In this document: one piece after another, positions 25,160 through 39,299 of the stretch | How positions within the stretch are numbered: the first letter of the stretch is position 1 | Layout: each line of letters begins with the position of its first letter | NCBI GenBank assembly: GCA_008632985.1 | Contig: QPGO01000165.1 | Coordinates: 62,001-126,000 of the forward strand | Length of the DNA stretch: 64,000 nucleotides | DNA from: Psammoneis japonica | Taxonomy: Eukaryota | Direction: 5' to 3' | Made by a program: the position numbers and the translations under genes | Notes under the pieces: generated by a model | Told to the model about the DNA's origin: nothing | What the model saw: only the letters and a program-made list of their open reading frames with translations | The model's database searches: none

Positions 25160-25700
25160 ATGTTAAAACCAGGTGATGCAACAAAAGCTGTGGAAAAGTC
25201 CAGCTTGTCTCTGTTTCTTGATGTGGATGGCATCCTTGACACATCCCTCATGGCCGGCAGTGCCACGGTTCATCCCAAACTGATCAAACGGCTCACCTTG
25301 ATTGTGACAGAAACAAAATGCAGTTTGGTTGTGTCGTTGACATGGAGATTGGATGGAAAACACCTCAACATTCTTGCAAGCAAACTCGCAAAGGTTGGGC
25401 TTTGCAAAAAAAGCATTGTTGGCTCCGCTCCAACTGTGGAACCTGTCTGAAAGTTGTGACAAGACGGGCATCATTGTGCCATTCAAGAAGCTGTGGAATT
25501 GCAGTGATGTCAAGAAATCCTGGCATGGCTTCAAGGGCACTGCACAAAAGACCACCCATGGGTTGTCTTAGATGATTTAAACTTGTCAAAGGTTGAGGAC
25601 GTGACTGTGATTGAAAGACTGCAAGGTCACACAGTTAAAGTGCACCCGGAGGAGGATCAACTGAGAAGAGTGTGCAAGAGGCGGTTCAAACACTCAGAAA
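25160..25700 (+). pseudogene. HAD-superfamily (Swiss Army Knife, HAD_SAK_2-like) phosphatase pseudogene
   Basis: LFLDVDGIL...LIVTETKCSLVVSLTWRL...IVGSAP and, after a frameshift, WVVLDDLNL. Confidence 0.7.
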
Positions 25701-28700
25701 TGACACGTGTGCTTGCAAGGTTGCTGGATCAGCTGATGCATTGCAACAAGGATGGCGGATGAAAGTGGGAAAAACTGGTGGAAGAGCACACATCCACACT
25801 CAAACCATCACAAGATTCAGAAGTTCTTAAAACCATGTTGTCAAATGTTTTGTCAGCAACCAGGAAGCATTCAAACTGTGTGGATTTGGACACAGAGAAT
25901 GATTTGAATTTAGTGTGGTCAATGTGCAGCCGCATGCTTGATGTGCTTTGCACCTGTTCCAGAATCTGATGGATTCCATGTTTTGTTTTCTAACGGTGAT
26001 CTTTCATGTCCTTAAAATGGAGGATGAGTTGAAGCCAAGTTGGAAATGAGTCACCACTTGATTGACCAAGTTCTCCCACCAGGCAGCGTGGACCATTTCG
26101 CCAAATCACTTCCACCCGGGACTCCATCTTGACAGCCATTCTTGTTGTGACCATCAAGCAATGGCAGTGTCACTGAAGAGCTCCCATGCAGGAGTTGATC
26201 ATGGTCTTTAATTGCTGCAGAAGATGGCACCCAACACCCTTTGATTGTTTTGTCCACTTGTCCCTCCATTGCTTTCTTGCTCAAGGCAGAGGTGCACGAC
26301 CACTCACTCACTTCTCAAACACACCTCACAAGATGAGGGCAGCTGGGGCAGGGCATTTGCACTGTGTTGCTTTTGGCAGTGATCCATGCAAGAGCCAACA
26401 AGACACTTGACTTTGCAGGGTTTGAATTGTTGCTGGAAATTGCTCAACCAATTGACTCCATCAAGCTTGGTCTCAATTGTCCTGAGCACCTTGTTGATGG
26501 CAACGAGAACAAGATGAGCGTCAATCTGATTCACTGGACCATCAAACCAGTGTGCGCAGAAAAATCTGCAGTGGTTGGCTCTTCGCCAAGAGGTCCAGTG
26601 GATGTGGATGTGCAAAATGGCGTTTTACAATTTTGTTCCAACTTGGCATCTCTTGAGCATCATGAGTTGGGCATGGGAGTGTGGGCTCAGATGCCTTGCC
26701 ACAGCTCAGAAATGTTTGCGGTGCAGCAGGCACTTTGTTTGCAGGACAGGTCCCAGCCAGTTTCATCAATCTCCAAACTGTTGTGGTTGAATCCGACACA
26801 AGTCACCTGGTTGTTTCCATGAGCAAATTGCCAGCAAACATGGTGAATTTTGCAGACTGTGGAACATCGAACAATCTCTTCTTGGGGAACAATGTCAACA
26901 TCACCTTGGTGGGCAAGGACGCCTTCTTTGTGACTGATGGGACAATCACAACAGGAACTGCATTGGGGAGACACAACCTGCTGACTGTGTTGGAATCCAT
27001 CACTCAACTTGTTGTTGCTGGAGAAAAGAATTGCATCACAACAAGCCATCATCATGAGAGCAACCCATGCACAAACATTGATTTCTCGTCATGACAGATC
27101 AGCTCCTTTGAGATCACACCAGAAGGACTCAAAACAGCTCCAATCATGCACCCAATCTTGGGTGTCATTTCACATGATGAAATGAACCTGTCATCATCCT
27201 TGTGTCAAGCAAACAAGGACAACAAGGATGATGACTTGGCAAGTGCAGCAAATTGACACTTGAACAAGTTCTTTCTTCTCACCACGTCAAGTGTTGTGGT
27301 TTGTCTGATTGGAGTGCAATTGTTTCAGGGGAGCAACGAAATGCAGACTTCTTGTTTCTTTCTCTCTGTGTGTGGTGGGGCTGGGGTTGAAACAACTCCT
27401 TGGCCAAATGGGCCACCAGAAGCTTCATGCTTGCAGAATGGGAAACAAACATTCTATCCTGGCAGACATGAGTCCGACTTGTTGCACCAAAAGGGACAAT
27501 TGCACTGCAATCATGATGAAGAAACAAACACCCAGAAAGAACTTGGAGGGAGTTGTCTTGCATTGTGTCCCAACCAGCTGCACTGGCAAACACACCAAAG
27601 GCCCAGACCTGCTTCTGAAATGGCTGTTGTCAGCCTCCTTGTTTGCAGCCACTTTTCAACAATTTAGCACCAACAGATGCAGCAGAGTTGAAGATTTTTG
27701 CAGCTTTTTAATGGACTGATGGCCCAGCTGCTCGCATTTGGTTGCTCTTGCATCTTCTCATGAGAGGAGGCCAGGCACCCCTCTTCCAGCCTTGTGTCTT
27801 TTTTCTGAATCTTTGAAGCAACTCATCGTTGTCAAAAGCAAAAAAGGCAGTGCTCAGCATGTGTGCTGCTTGGCCCTTGCAATCCACTGTGCTGTGTGAA
27901 AGTTGTGGGTGCGCACCATTCACAACTGCTGACAATGCACTCAATCAAAACTTGCAGTGCCAAACCCTCCTTGCAAAATTTCAAACTGCTTGCCATCACT
28001 CAATTGGTGCTGCTGAAAATGCTGATGAGAAATGACACATGTGGAGCACAAGAATGGTGTCATTTCTGAGCATCGCAGTTGGAGCTGTTGCCACTGAAAA
28101 ATGACATCAAAGTGTGCAGCTGGGAAGAGAGATGCTGTTCACAAACTGGCATTTTAGAAAGTGAGGTGGTGCCAAAAAATGGCTAAAAAAGCATTTGTTG
28201 CCATGAAGAGTGGCACTTTGTGGGTTTTTGATGCCAGGCATGAAAACGTGACAGCCCAGCAGCATTTCAAAGTCCCACCCAGAGCTGGCGCAAGCTTGTT
28301 TGACAAGTGGGGGGCAGCCCAACCTTGCTCACCACACTTCAGTTGTTTGTCATTGCCAACAGAATGGAAACAGAGTGGGTGCACCACGCCATGTGCAGGT
28401 CTGCCCTGGGGGCTGACACTCCACTCTGAATTTTCCTTTTTCCATGCTTTTGCAATCTGTGGATGGACACAGTGGTGTGCTGGAGAGCACACATTGAGAA
28501 AAACTCTCCAGGAAAATGGTGCATGCACTGTGACATGAATTTCAGCACGTTCTCCTCCACATTCCCAGCTCCAAGGAGCTCCTGGGTGGCTGGTGCTGAA
28601 GTCAGTGCACACAGATTTGTCCAGCTGAGTGCCCTCAAAAGAGTGCAAGCTCCCTTGGTGCAGCTGTGCTCTCTCTTTGTCTTGCATCCAGTTGAAGCTG

Positions 28701-30959
28701 GTTGAATTTCCCAGGCTTTTTGCAATCTCTGCAGGGAGTTTGTGCTTTTCTGCTGGCCTCCCATGCTGCCTTCTTTTGGCCCAATTCTCTGGCTCCATGT
28801 CTTTTTTGCATTTGTCTCCTGTGCAGAACACTGCAGTGACCATTTTCTTGGGCAGCATGCTTTGAACTGCTCAATCTTCTCACTCCACTGGGCATCATGC
28901 TGCAGAGCCTGTGCATCACTTGCTGGATGGGCAACACTCATGCACAGCACCACTGCCACAGGTGTGGCCACTTCAAAAAGAGTCACATTGTAGGCTCAGC
29001 TCAGCATTCCCTCATGCCAACCTTTTGCTTGAGCACAACAATGCCAGACAACCAGCTGCAGTCAATTCCTGTGGCTGGCTGTCATCTTTCTCCACTGCAG
29101 GTTTTCTCAGCAAGGGCACTTGACCATGTTCATTGCTGTGCTGTGTTCATGCACATGCATGGTGGTGTCTTTCTGGGTTGCAGATGAGGACAAAAGAGAC
29201 AACAAGGGATTTTGTTGAATGCATGGCCAACGCGCATGACTTGAGGTGAGCCACATGATGCCAACAACGAGGTGATCTTTTTGGGAAAAACCAGACAAAA
29301 AGAAAACCATGAAAATCTTTTTGGCAAAGAACAACACAACAAGAGCAAAATGGAGAAGACCCTTGTTGACAAACACAAGAGAACAATCAAATTTGAAGGA
29401 GTTGTCAAAAGTGCTGAGCTGCACAGAAAATTGGCCTCTTGCATGATGGATTGCTCATACCTGGGGCTGGAACCAGGCAAATGTGACATTTTGATCCCAA
29501 ACACCACTGCTTTTTTCAATGCTCCCCAACTGTTTTTCCATTGACAGCAAAGCATGAAACAACACAAGGCACAGGAGCAGCACATGGATGACATGAGGGA
29601 GAGTGTCATCAGAGGCAGCATTTGAAGGCTTTGAATGTAAAAAAAATAAGATGTCACAGTCAGAGGCAAAACAAATTGCCATCACACATTTTTTATGCAC
29701 CAAGTGTGGCATTTTTCATGGCATCATGCAGAGTCAGCACCAGCTCTGCCACAGGTGGAAATGCAACAAATGGCATTGTGGCATTTGCATGGATGACTGC
29801 CCTGAAAGGAGCGACAAATGTCCAAACATGCTGCCACACCAAGAAGAAGTTTTCTGCTGCATCACAAGTGAGAGCATCGCTGGATGAAAAAAGTGTGAGT
29901 CCTGGAGTCATTGTGGCAAGACAAAAAAGATGGGCAGTCATGCAAAAGAAGGAACAAGCCACACAAGAGCTTCACAGTTTCTGCATCACATCTCTGGACA
30001 AACTGGTGGTGACTTCACAAAAAAGACAGAGTCATTGTCAGCATCATTTCTGTGTGACACGCAACAAGCCACAGACCGTGCTGCTGTGGCTGCCTGTCTT
30101 GAACAACAAAGCAGCACAGGCTTTGGTTTCTGCAAGCTCTTTTGAAATGGGTCAAGTGGCTGATCAAGCCACTGCAGCATTGTCTCACAAAATGCTCTAG
30201 CTCATGTGGGTGCCATGCACCACAACAATCCAGAAGCTCTCTTGATGCACTCAACTCATCTCATCTGCCATTGCATGAAAAGAAGTTCATGCAAACTCCT
30301 CTGGTGTGGCTGTGACTTGCACCACTCTTGAAACAAGGCACATCAACATGGTTTTGCAAGCATCATCAAAATTCAATGGACTCCAAGAAAAGAAGCAACA
30401 GAATGAAGCACCCAAGCTCTTGCATGCACAGTTGTCAAACACTTGTGGAAATGGGCAGAGTGATCAATGTCAAGGACTTTTGCCATGAACAACATGCACG
30501 CTGAATGTCATGGATGAGTTGGATGAAGAGGCTACAAAAACAAACTCTGGCCAAGTGTCAAGCACAGATTGACAACACCATCCTGAGGATGTTTGGGAAA
30601 GCTCAAGCAGTGAGAAAAGCAACATCCCCCAATGTCTCAGAAAATCCAACTGTTGTTGACAATGCTGTTCCTCAAGATGACTCAGAAATGTCAAGTCTTG
30701 AGAACCCTGTTCACTTCTTCAAGGTGCTTCAGAAAAGCCAAGCAGGGAGAGTGTCATTCCTCAAGACCTCATTGTGGAAAAGCCAAGCCTGACAGATCAT
30801 GTGGATGCCAACTGTCCATGGGTTTTGTTTTTGTTGGCAAGCGACTCTCTTGTCAAAGTCTTGCAGTCTTGTTGATTGTGGCTGTGTGGCAACATCCAAA
30901 ACTTTTGTTTTTTTGTTTTGTGTGTGCACCCACAGTGCCCACAGGCTGTTGCTCTTGCG

Positions 30960-31330
30960 CTGCACATGCAAGACAAAAAGGGTCCTTGTCATCAGCTTTC
31001 CAGTTGACACATTGTCTACCCAAGTCTGTGTGAGCAGCTCAATGTGGAGGAGCCACCAAGGACCAGCTGCTCTTTGCTGGTGAAGTGGGGGGCACTCATG
31101 AGCTTTGTGAAGAAACGGGCATCAATGTGAGACATGACTTGACTCAGTGGGAGCTGGCAGCATTGTGGTTGATGTTGCAAGCCAAGGATGCAAATCTTTT
31201 AACTTGCCAGTTGGGTTGCAAACTCTGCTTTCTGTTGAATGTGAAAGATGATGACCCCACCATTGGCAAGTGAAGTGATGTCATCACTGTTGGTCAGACC
31301 AAAGGCATCGATTTAAAGTTGCACCCATCC
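30960..31330 (+). pseudogene. Possible Nudix hydrolase remnant
   Basis: HELCEETGINV resembles the Nudix box RELxEETG; the rest is heavily decayed. Confidence 0.35.
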
Positions 31331-33277
31331 AAGGAGAACCCGGGTTTTGCCATTGCTCCTGACTCAGAGGTTGCTGTGTTCAAGTGATTCAAAAACACAG
31401 CAGTGGGTCCAGCTCAGAAGCGCTTGTGAAGTCCTCTGCAACCAACTGTTGTCAGCAGAGCAAATGAAGAAAGAGTCAAGAAAAAGAAAACCCAGTGCCA
31501 AAGCAGTGGTGGCTGAAAGCACAGCTGCTGACTGTGACAAAAAGAGTTGAGATTTGTGTGTGGCAGATATGCAGATGATCTGCTGCCTCCATCAAAAGAA
31601 AAGCTTGCTCCAATGTTGTTTTTGCAGGTGAGCCAATGTGGCATGACACTGCACATCCTGAGAGGCAATGCAAGATGCACCCAGCAAAGTGGACAAAAGA
31701 GAGTTTGTCCCCACTGTGCTTCTTGAGGTGGAGCACAGCAGCTGACTCACACCCCAGGCAAAAAAAAATTGACTGGGTCACTTGCTTTCCTGCCAGTCTT
31801 CTTTTAACCAAGCAGCTCCTGATTTTCACAAAGTGAGGAGCAAATGAGATGCCCAATCTGGACAAGTCCGTGCCTCCCCCACTTTAACTCTTTGTTCACC
31901 ATGGTGACACATGCATGCTTTTTTTTCTGTGCCACACAATGCACACTCAGTGGGAATCATTCAAAAATGTTGCAAGAAACACAATTGACATTTGCACAAG
32001 GAAAAATGTCAAATCGTGCAGAAATGCACACAGTGTCATGCTGGAGAGTGATTGGAGCTGCTGGCTTTGCGGGAACTCAATTGAAATGTCGCTGTGTCTG
32101 ATCAAAGGCATTTTGATTTACATGGTGAAGAGCAACACCTTTGATCAGATGACATTTCAATTGATTTCCCGAGGAGTTGACATTCATGCACAGACAGGCA
32201 GGTGGACTGACAACAATTGTTTCTGGTGCTTTTCTGCACAATTTTTTCTGTGCAATGACTCTGAGAGCCGAGTGACTCATGTTGCAACAAAAAGACAACC
32301 AACGTGGCACGTCACCACTCAGAGTCATTGTGATCAACAGCACCCTGATGCCATGTGGAGTGATTGCCAACATGGTGAGGTGTGCCATGATGGCTTGGAT
32401 TGGTTTGTTGTCATGTTGCTGTCCTGTCTTCACTTTTTGACTTGCCGGCTGTTGCATCGGCATTTTTTGCACTGTGACATGCCTGACCGACCAGCACCAA
32501 CAGAATCGGTGTTGTCATTTTTGTCATCTGCAGGACAGAGTCTGGTGGAATGTCAAACAAATGGGTGAGCACACATCACAACAGCACTGTTCTGTTGCAT
32601 CAGATTGTCCTTTTTTGCACCTCACATTCCCTCAGCTGACCCTTGCTTTTTGTGCTGCTGTTTTTTGCTTTTCAGCATGAAGCTGCGGTCATTTGTGGCG
32701 CGGGCATGATGGACATGGACGTTGGCAAGCACATCTCTGTGCTCACCTTCAGCTCCCTTGACACCACTGTGGAGGATGTTGGTGTGGAGTGCTGGGTGGC
32801 TCCTGCAGCCGCCAGCGTGCCTGCAGTGCTGTCAAAAATTTGTGGCTGTTTCACCCGTTGCTTCTTGCACTGGTCAGATCAAAGAAAATGAGACAAGGTC
32901 GCTTGCACCCACACTCAAGAGATGAGCCCTTTGCCAATCATCTGCTGAAAACTGTTTTCTCTCTTGTTCATTTGTGCAAGCTCACAGGAACCAGGCAACA
33001 ATCCTTTTGCTGCATCGCAATCATCTCAGGGTGCCTTGACAAGGAAGTTGCAGCAAGAGAGATGTCTGGCCAGGTGGGTGAGGCTTTCCCAGCCAACAAG
33101 AACAAAAGTGTCTGGCAAAACAAGACTGTCAATGCAACTCAAGGATGCTGCTGTCAACGCATCTAAATCACATGTTGAGTGCAACAAAGTGCAACAACCA
33201 CTGGTTTCACTGGTGATGTGCTTTTGTCTGTCATGCATCATGCATGCACGGCTGCTCTCTTCTCCAGCTTGGATTGA

Positions 33278-34650
33278 GACCCCGTCCAAACTGGATCGTA
33301 CTTGCGCACTTTCGTACTTGAGCATGGCCTAAAAAAGGCGCTTTGCGACTTTTTTAGTAAAAAAGGCGCTTTGCGACTTTTTTAGGGTTATGTGCCCTAT
33401 GATTCTACAATATTTAGGCCATACGATCTCGCGTCAGGAACAGAGACCACCGGCCCTGTCTGTTCCTTCGCGACATCATACTACGCGCAGAATAAACGGT
33501 TGTCAGAGGAATAAACAGTTGTCAGATGAAGCATGGACAGACCGTAAAGTAAGGGAACTTTCACGTAGATTCTACGAGACAAACGGGTGATAGACAGACA
33601 AATGCGACAGAAGAGTCGATTTCTGTCGTCCCCGTGCTGTGAGCCAAATGGTGTATCAGTTAAATTTATTACGTTTATATTGTTATGCATGTATGCCTCA
33701 AATTAGTGTGGATGTTGTTTTCATCCCCACATGGACGCCATTGTCGCTTCTCGTGTTGCGTCGCACTTTTGTGAGCATCTGTCGCATTTTTCGATTCAAC
33801 CTCATCTTTTTTTGAAATTTTACGAAATTGTTACATAATTATTTTACTATAAAAACGCTAGGAAAACTGGTGTCTGACACCTGTTTATTCCGTCCGTAGC
33901 ATACCCCTGACATCATACCCCCGCTCGCACGAAAAACAGCATCACGACGAATGAAGATGACGGCCCATAGCGGCATCAAAGTTTTACCTTATGATGATAA
34001 AAGTAACCCCATTAGAACCGCCATATTTTACTTAGTGTGTAGGTGTGGTTTCTTGTTTTGTTCAGTGAAATAACGTTAGACTTACGGGGTGATTTCAGAA
34101 ACTTTTCATTTGAAAGTTTCTGCACATTCTTCTCGGGCCATATCGACCCTTACTCTAAAGTCACACCACATACAAATAAACCCATTAAATCCTTCTTATC
34201 TAAATTAGTCGATAAGATTATTGTTGGGCCTAACAGATCTAGTTTAGCCACCTTATGCATTGACTTGGTATGATGCACAGACAGAAAAAATTCCTTTGAA
34301 TACAAAAGGTCTATTTCAGCAACAAGTGCACAATATTTTAACATTTTCTTGCCGTAACTTATCATATCCACTTCATATTATCGATTGGTGTTACTTATAA
34401 AGTGGTAAAATCGAAAGAAGCTGTCAAAAACAACCACACATCGCCATGGCGACTTGCATCGCATCCGCTCGTTACGCGCTTCAGTGATGTCAGAAATGAG
34501 TAACTCGACTAATTTTTTGGGTATGATAGTACCAATGTACGTAAGTACGATGCAGTTTGGACACGACTCCCTTTTATGGCTCGTGACGTCATGAAGCAGG
34601 CCATACTCAAGTACGATAGTGCGCAAGTACGATCCAGTTTGGACGGGGTC
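33278..34650. mobile_element. Young non-autonomous TIR DNA transposon (PIF/Harbinger-like), 1373 bp, 53-bp TIRs, 3-bp TSD TGA
   Basis: gaccccgtccaaactggatcgtacttgcgcact.tcgtacttgag.atggcct at both ends (2 mismatches). tga flanks both sides (33275-77, 34651-53). AT-rich interior with normal TA; no transposase ORF. Confidence 0.92.
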
Positions 34651-37400
34651 TGAATGGGAATGGTCTCATTTTGGAAGGCAGTGCCATGTCTGCTGCCATT
34701 CCCTCCAGCTTGCACTGCAAAAAATTCAGTGAGTGACAAATGACGATGATGCAACAGACAACAACACAACTCACTTTGATGCCAAAACAAAGCTTGGCAG
34801 CCTGGCTGCTGGCTGCATCTTTTTTGCCCCACACCCACAATCAAAGCCTCTCTCAAACACAGCGCCTGTTTCCAAGTGTTCTTTCTGAACAATGAAGAGC
34901 GATTTGTTGTCATTGCACATCCTCGCACTTCCCACAGCATCAGTGCTGGTGTTTGAATCAAAGCAACAAGCAATGCTGCAGCATGGCGACACCATCAGCG
35001 GCGCTGTCAATGAACTCTGATGAACAAATGAGCACAAAAACAGAAAATGATGGGCGACCATGCAACACCAAGTCTTTTTTGCTGCTTGCCTCCCACCCAT
35101 GATTTGACACTGGAGTTTTTCAAAAACAGCACCCAACTCAAAATGCTCTTTCCAAATGAAGAGCAATGTTTCATCAGCGTGCATGCTCTGTGACAACGGC
35201 AAAGACAATGCTGCAGCGGCTCTTGGTGTCACCAACCTGTGGTGTGTCGTGGCAAAAAAAATGTTGTGTGCGTTCAACCGCACAAAAAAAATCCACTCCA
35301 ATCCATTCCAGCAAACAAAGAGTCAACCAGTGCATGGGCTCAAAGCGCTGGATCAGATGTTGTGTCATTTGTCATTTTCTTCATGCACTCCGTCCATCTC
35401 TGTGGCCATCGGTCGGGCACGGGCTCCCCAGTTCATTTTGCCTGGAGCAGATGGGTCATGAGCCACCACCCACACATCAGCGCCATGCAGGGGTGCACAC
35501 AACACACTTCCACACTGCACAGTGCAGAGTTGGTGCAGCGCGCATTGAAGGGAGACACCATGGCAGAAGGTGCCAAGTGGAGTGTCAACAAGTGTTGGCT
35601 CAAAGCAAGTGGAGTGTTGGCTCAAAGCAGTTCAATGTGTTTTCAGTTGATTTGTTGGATCACTTTTTCCAAATGCTGGGCCCCCGCTCATTTTGTTGGG
35701 GCAATTCCCCATTTCATTGAAAATCCCCCCCCCCCCCCCCCAAACCTTCAAACCTGCCCGCATTGGCATCGGCGCCAATGTGGTGTGTTGTGAAAAAAAT
35801 GTGCGCCCGCATGACCGCGCAAAAAAATCTGCAGTGATCCATTGTGGCAAACAAAGAATCAAGAAACAGTCAACTTCAAACCAGTGAAATGGTTTCCAAA
35901 GACAATGCAGAACAGCAGTGGACAGAATTGCATCACCAAATGTGACAAAGAGCAAGCATGGCATCAAGGTCAACTTGAGTGCCGACTTGGAACAAGCATG
36001 TGACACATGGCTTGCCTTTGGGTTCCAGGCTAATTGTGCGCACAACCCTGCAATGCAAATGTGCTATGTCAATGAGTGCTTCTTTGCACTGACAACAAAG
36101 GAGTTGTTTTGATCTCATTGTGTCCAACAACCTTGTCAACTGCCTTTCTCACATCCGCTTGACATGATGTTGCAGATCTTTTGATGCTTTGCATCTTTTT
36201 TCGATTTTTCATGCACAGGGCTCCCCCCGTCTCCATTCAGAATCATTGCCACAATTGTGACACCATGGCGGCCAAGAACAAATTCATCAAGAATGCACCA
36301 TCGCCCTGTCCATTTGCTGTCATCCTCTTTCTGGTGCTGTGCTTTTGTGACATTCCCATTTCTGACAGAGTCTTTGCCGTCACTCATCACCTGCATGTCG
36401 TCCGGCAAAACAAGCCAACAAACCCAACAGAGGACTGCAATTTGAGCCCAATGAGGAAAGGGGACGGCACCAAGGATTCTTTTGACATTTGCATTGGTTG
36501 TTGTGCTGCAGTGGGGGTGCTGTGACCTTTGGGTCTTCTCATGTGTGCGGCCTGTCTGCAACACACGCAACAAGATCACAACTCAGCTGCAGCTGAAAAG
36601 GCAGCTGCTGCCACTGCAGCTCCGCATCTCTTTTTGTTGCTGTCTCAGATCACAATGGAACATGTTGTTGGATGTTTAGATTGTCGTGGGTGCATTCAGT
36701 GCTTGGTGCCGATTGGCTTTGGTGTGTGCCGGCAAGTGGCTTTGCTGCGATGGACGACAGTGGCCCACAAACAGTTTTTGAAACATCGAAATGCAAAGGT
36801 GGTTCAACTCAGGTTGGTTCTGGCAGTCCTCAATGCCATCCTGTGGACCTGCAAAACATTTGTCTTTCTGCTGCTTTGCATGATGCCAAACTGCCTGGAC
36901 CAGAAAAAGCATCAGGTCCCTTCTGCAGAATGGAAGAGAGAACTGTTTCCTCTTGCAAAGCCAGACAAAACAGACTGGAGAAACATTGCCATCTCCATCC
37001 CATTCATTGCATTCAAGTGGGCCCTGTGTGAGGCTTGGATCTGAGGCAAGCTCTTTCTTGAGATGACACAATTCACCCTTGGAAACTCGAGCCAAAGGTT
37101 GTTGCATTTGTCATCAACTTGGTGCTTCAAAAGAAGAGCTCATTTCCAGACAATGGAGAAGGGTGGACTTGCTTTTCACAGTCTCTTTTCTTTGCTCTGG
37201 CACAAAATTGCAAGCCAAAGAGCATCGCCTCCAATTGACTGTCCTCACTTTGGGCAATTGTTGTTGTGCAGCACGGCACAAGTCCATCACGTCCGTCTGT
37301 TGAGTGCAACCAACACACATCATCATGGGGAGCCAAGATGTCGTTCACACAAAAACCCGAAAACATCCCACAGCTCAAAGAACACATTGAGAACACTGCA

Positions 37401-38890
37401 ATGTTGATGAACAAGAAAAGAGAAAGGATGGAACTTGTCAAAATCCAGGAGGTCAAAGGCTTTGGGAATGCTGTTGTTGCCCAGACAGCTTTGATTTCAG
37501 GCACTTTAGGGCTGGAAGTCTTTCAAGAACAGGCTTTGATTGTCTTCCCTCCTCACGACTGCACAGTCTCACCACTGTGGGGACGATCAAGCAGAGTGCT
37601 GCATGAGTGAAGCTGGCCAGACTGTTTGCACTTTTTGGAGAAACCCGAGGATGTCCCAGAAAAGGTTTTGTCCTTTTGTGTTGACATGAAATGCACTGAC
37701 GCTTGTCGAGCACAAGAGCTTGCATCTGAGTGCGTTGAATCTCAGGAATGTGCCAAGCACTTCACTCATCTTTTCATGGTGATCAAATTCAATGCTGTGG
37801 CCGTTCAACCAGTCAATGCTGACGGCGGTGGGCCCAGATGCTGCAAGGGGCATGGTCTCTTTGAAGTCGCATGTTGAATGGCACACTCATGTGGCCCCAA
37901 CTGTGTCTGGTTTAGTTTGCAAGATGGTTGCTCTAAGACAGTCCGAGTGATTGCACCCATCCAGTCTGGAGAGATGCTTGCTGTTAACTGCCTTGAGCAG
38001 AAGCACTTGGAAAAGCCCATGTTCCTCCATTGAGCCAAGCTGAAACGCACTGAGAACTTTGACTGCAGATGTGACAGATGCGTGTCATTGACTGGAGACG
38101 ACTCCCAGTGCTTGCGCTGTCACAACAAGCATTGCAAAGTGCACCATCTGGTGCAACAAGTTGACATTGGTGATCCTCCAGATCTGACTGCTTGTGGTGT
38201 GTGTGGTGAAACAGCACCTGATGCTTTTCAAAAATGGGTGCTGGAAAATGAAGAAGAGGTGAGCCAAAAGATTGATTGTGTGGATCGGGTTGCTGACTTG
38301 GGCATGCCCACAGACGCCGCACATTCCATCCAATCACTCAAGCCTCCATGTGAACATCATGGGGTCACTCTCCCAACACACCAAGCACAGGTTGATCTCT
38401 GCTTGAAACTCAATCAACTTTCAAAGGCTGTCATGGCACAATGCAAGTGGAGCAACTGTCGTTTGCGCATTCACGGAGAAAATTGTCTTGACGAACAAAC
38501 TGGATTTGGGCACAAATGCATGGGTGACTTGCTGGTTTGAGATGGAGACCAGCAGGCTGCCCGGAACGCATGTCAAAAAGCAGTGCAGGCCCTTCAAGTT
38601 TCTTGGGGAGGATCCAATGAGCCACACACGCAATGTGCCATGAAAATCAGTGCAAAAGCATCGCATCACGTCTTCGCCAACAGAATTGTCAGCAAAGTGC
38701 AGTCTCTGTGGCATCTGAGCAACAAAGAAGTGCAGTCGTTGCGGAAACACAGTGTGTTGCAACAGGGACCACCAGCTGGTTCATTGGAAGGTGCACAAGA
38801 AGTTCTGCACCAAGACATCTTGATCGATCAAGCCTCTCCTCCCCAATTTCCCAGGTTTTGCGACATTTCTTCATTCTTTCCCAAATCGTA
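37401..38890 (+). pseudogene. SMYD-type SET-domain lysine methyltransferase pseudogene
   Basis: EVKGFGNAVVA; HGLFEVAC*MAHSCGPNCVW (R.NHSC.PN); VRVIAPIQSGEMLAVNC (GEEL..Y); post-SET FDCRCDRC. Confidence 0.8.
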
Positions 38891-39299
38891 AAAATTGTGC
38901 AAACGTTGCACAGGAGATTCAATCACCAGCCAGTTTGGTCTCAGTGCTGTTTTCAAAGTCTTTCTGGCACATCCGTGCTCGCTCCAGGTCCTTGAGCTGC
39001 ACAGCATTCTCCACAGATTGATGACACCAAGAAAACTGAGCTTTTGTTGCGCTGTCGCGACATTGCGGCTTTGATTGCATCATTCCCGTGATGTGTTCAT
39101 GCATGCCAAAGATGTTCCCCATGGACTGTCACAAGAATGCTTCCGAATGACAAGTCTCTCCCGCTAAAGGAACGACCTGCAACACAGTTGCTTTGCCCAC
39201 AGTTGCCCAATTGCAAAGGATCTTTGTCTGCCTGGTGCAAAGTTGTCCCAGTCACAGTGCACGGTCTCCTGTGGGACCATCAGCATTCTTCCACTGTGA

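Larger units (their letters stand above)
11300..33277. other. TpA-depleted domain 2 (most parts also CpG-depleted)
   Basis: TA is near absent and ORFs are nearly Tyr-free. CpG is retained mainly at ~17.7-24.6 kb. Confidence 0.9.

Noticed and set aside
35725..35741. Poly-C run
   Set aside because: Simple homopolymer; no evidence of function.
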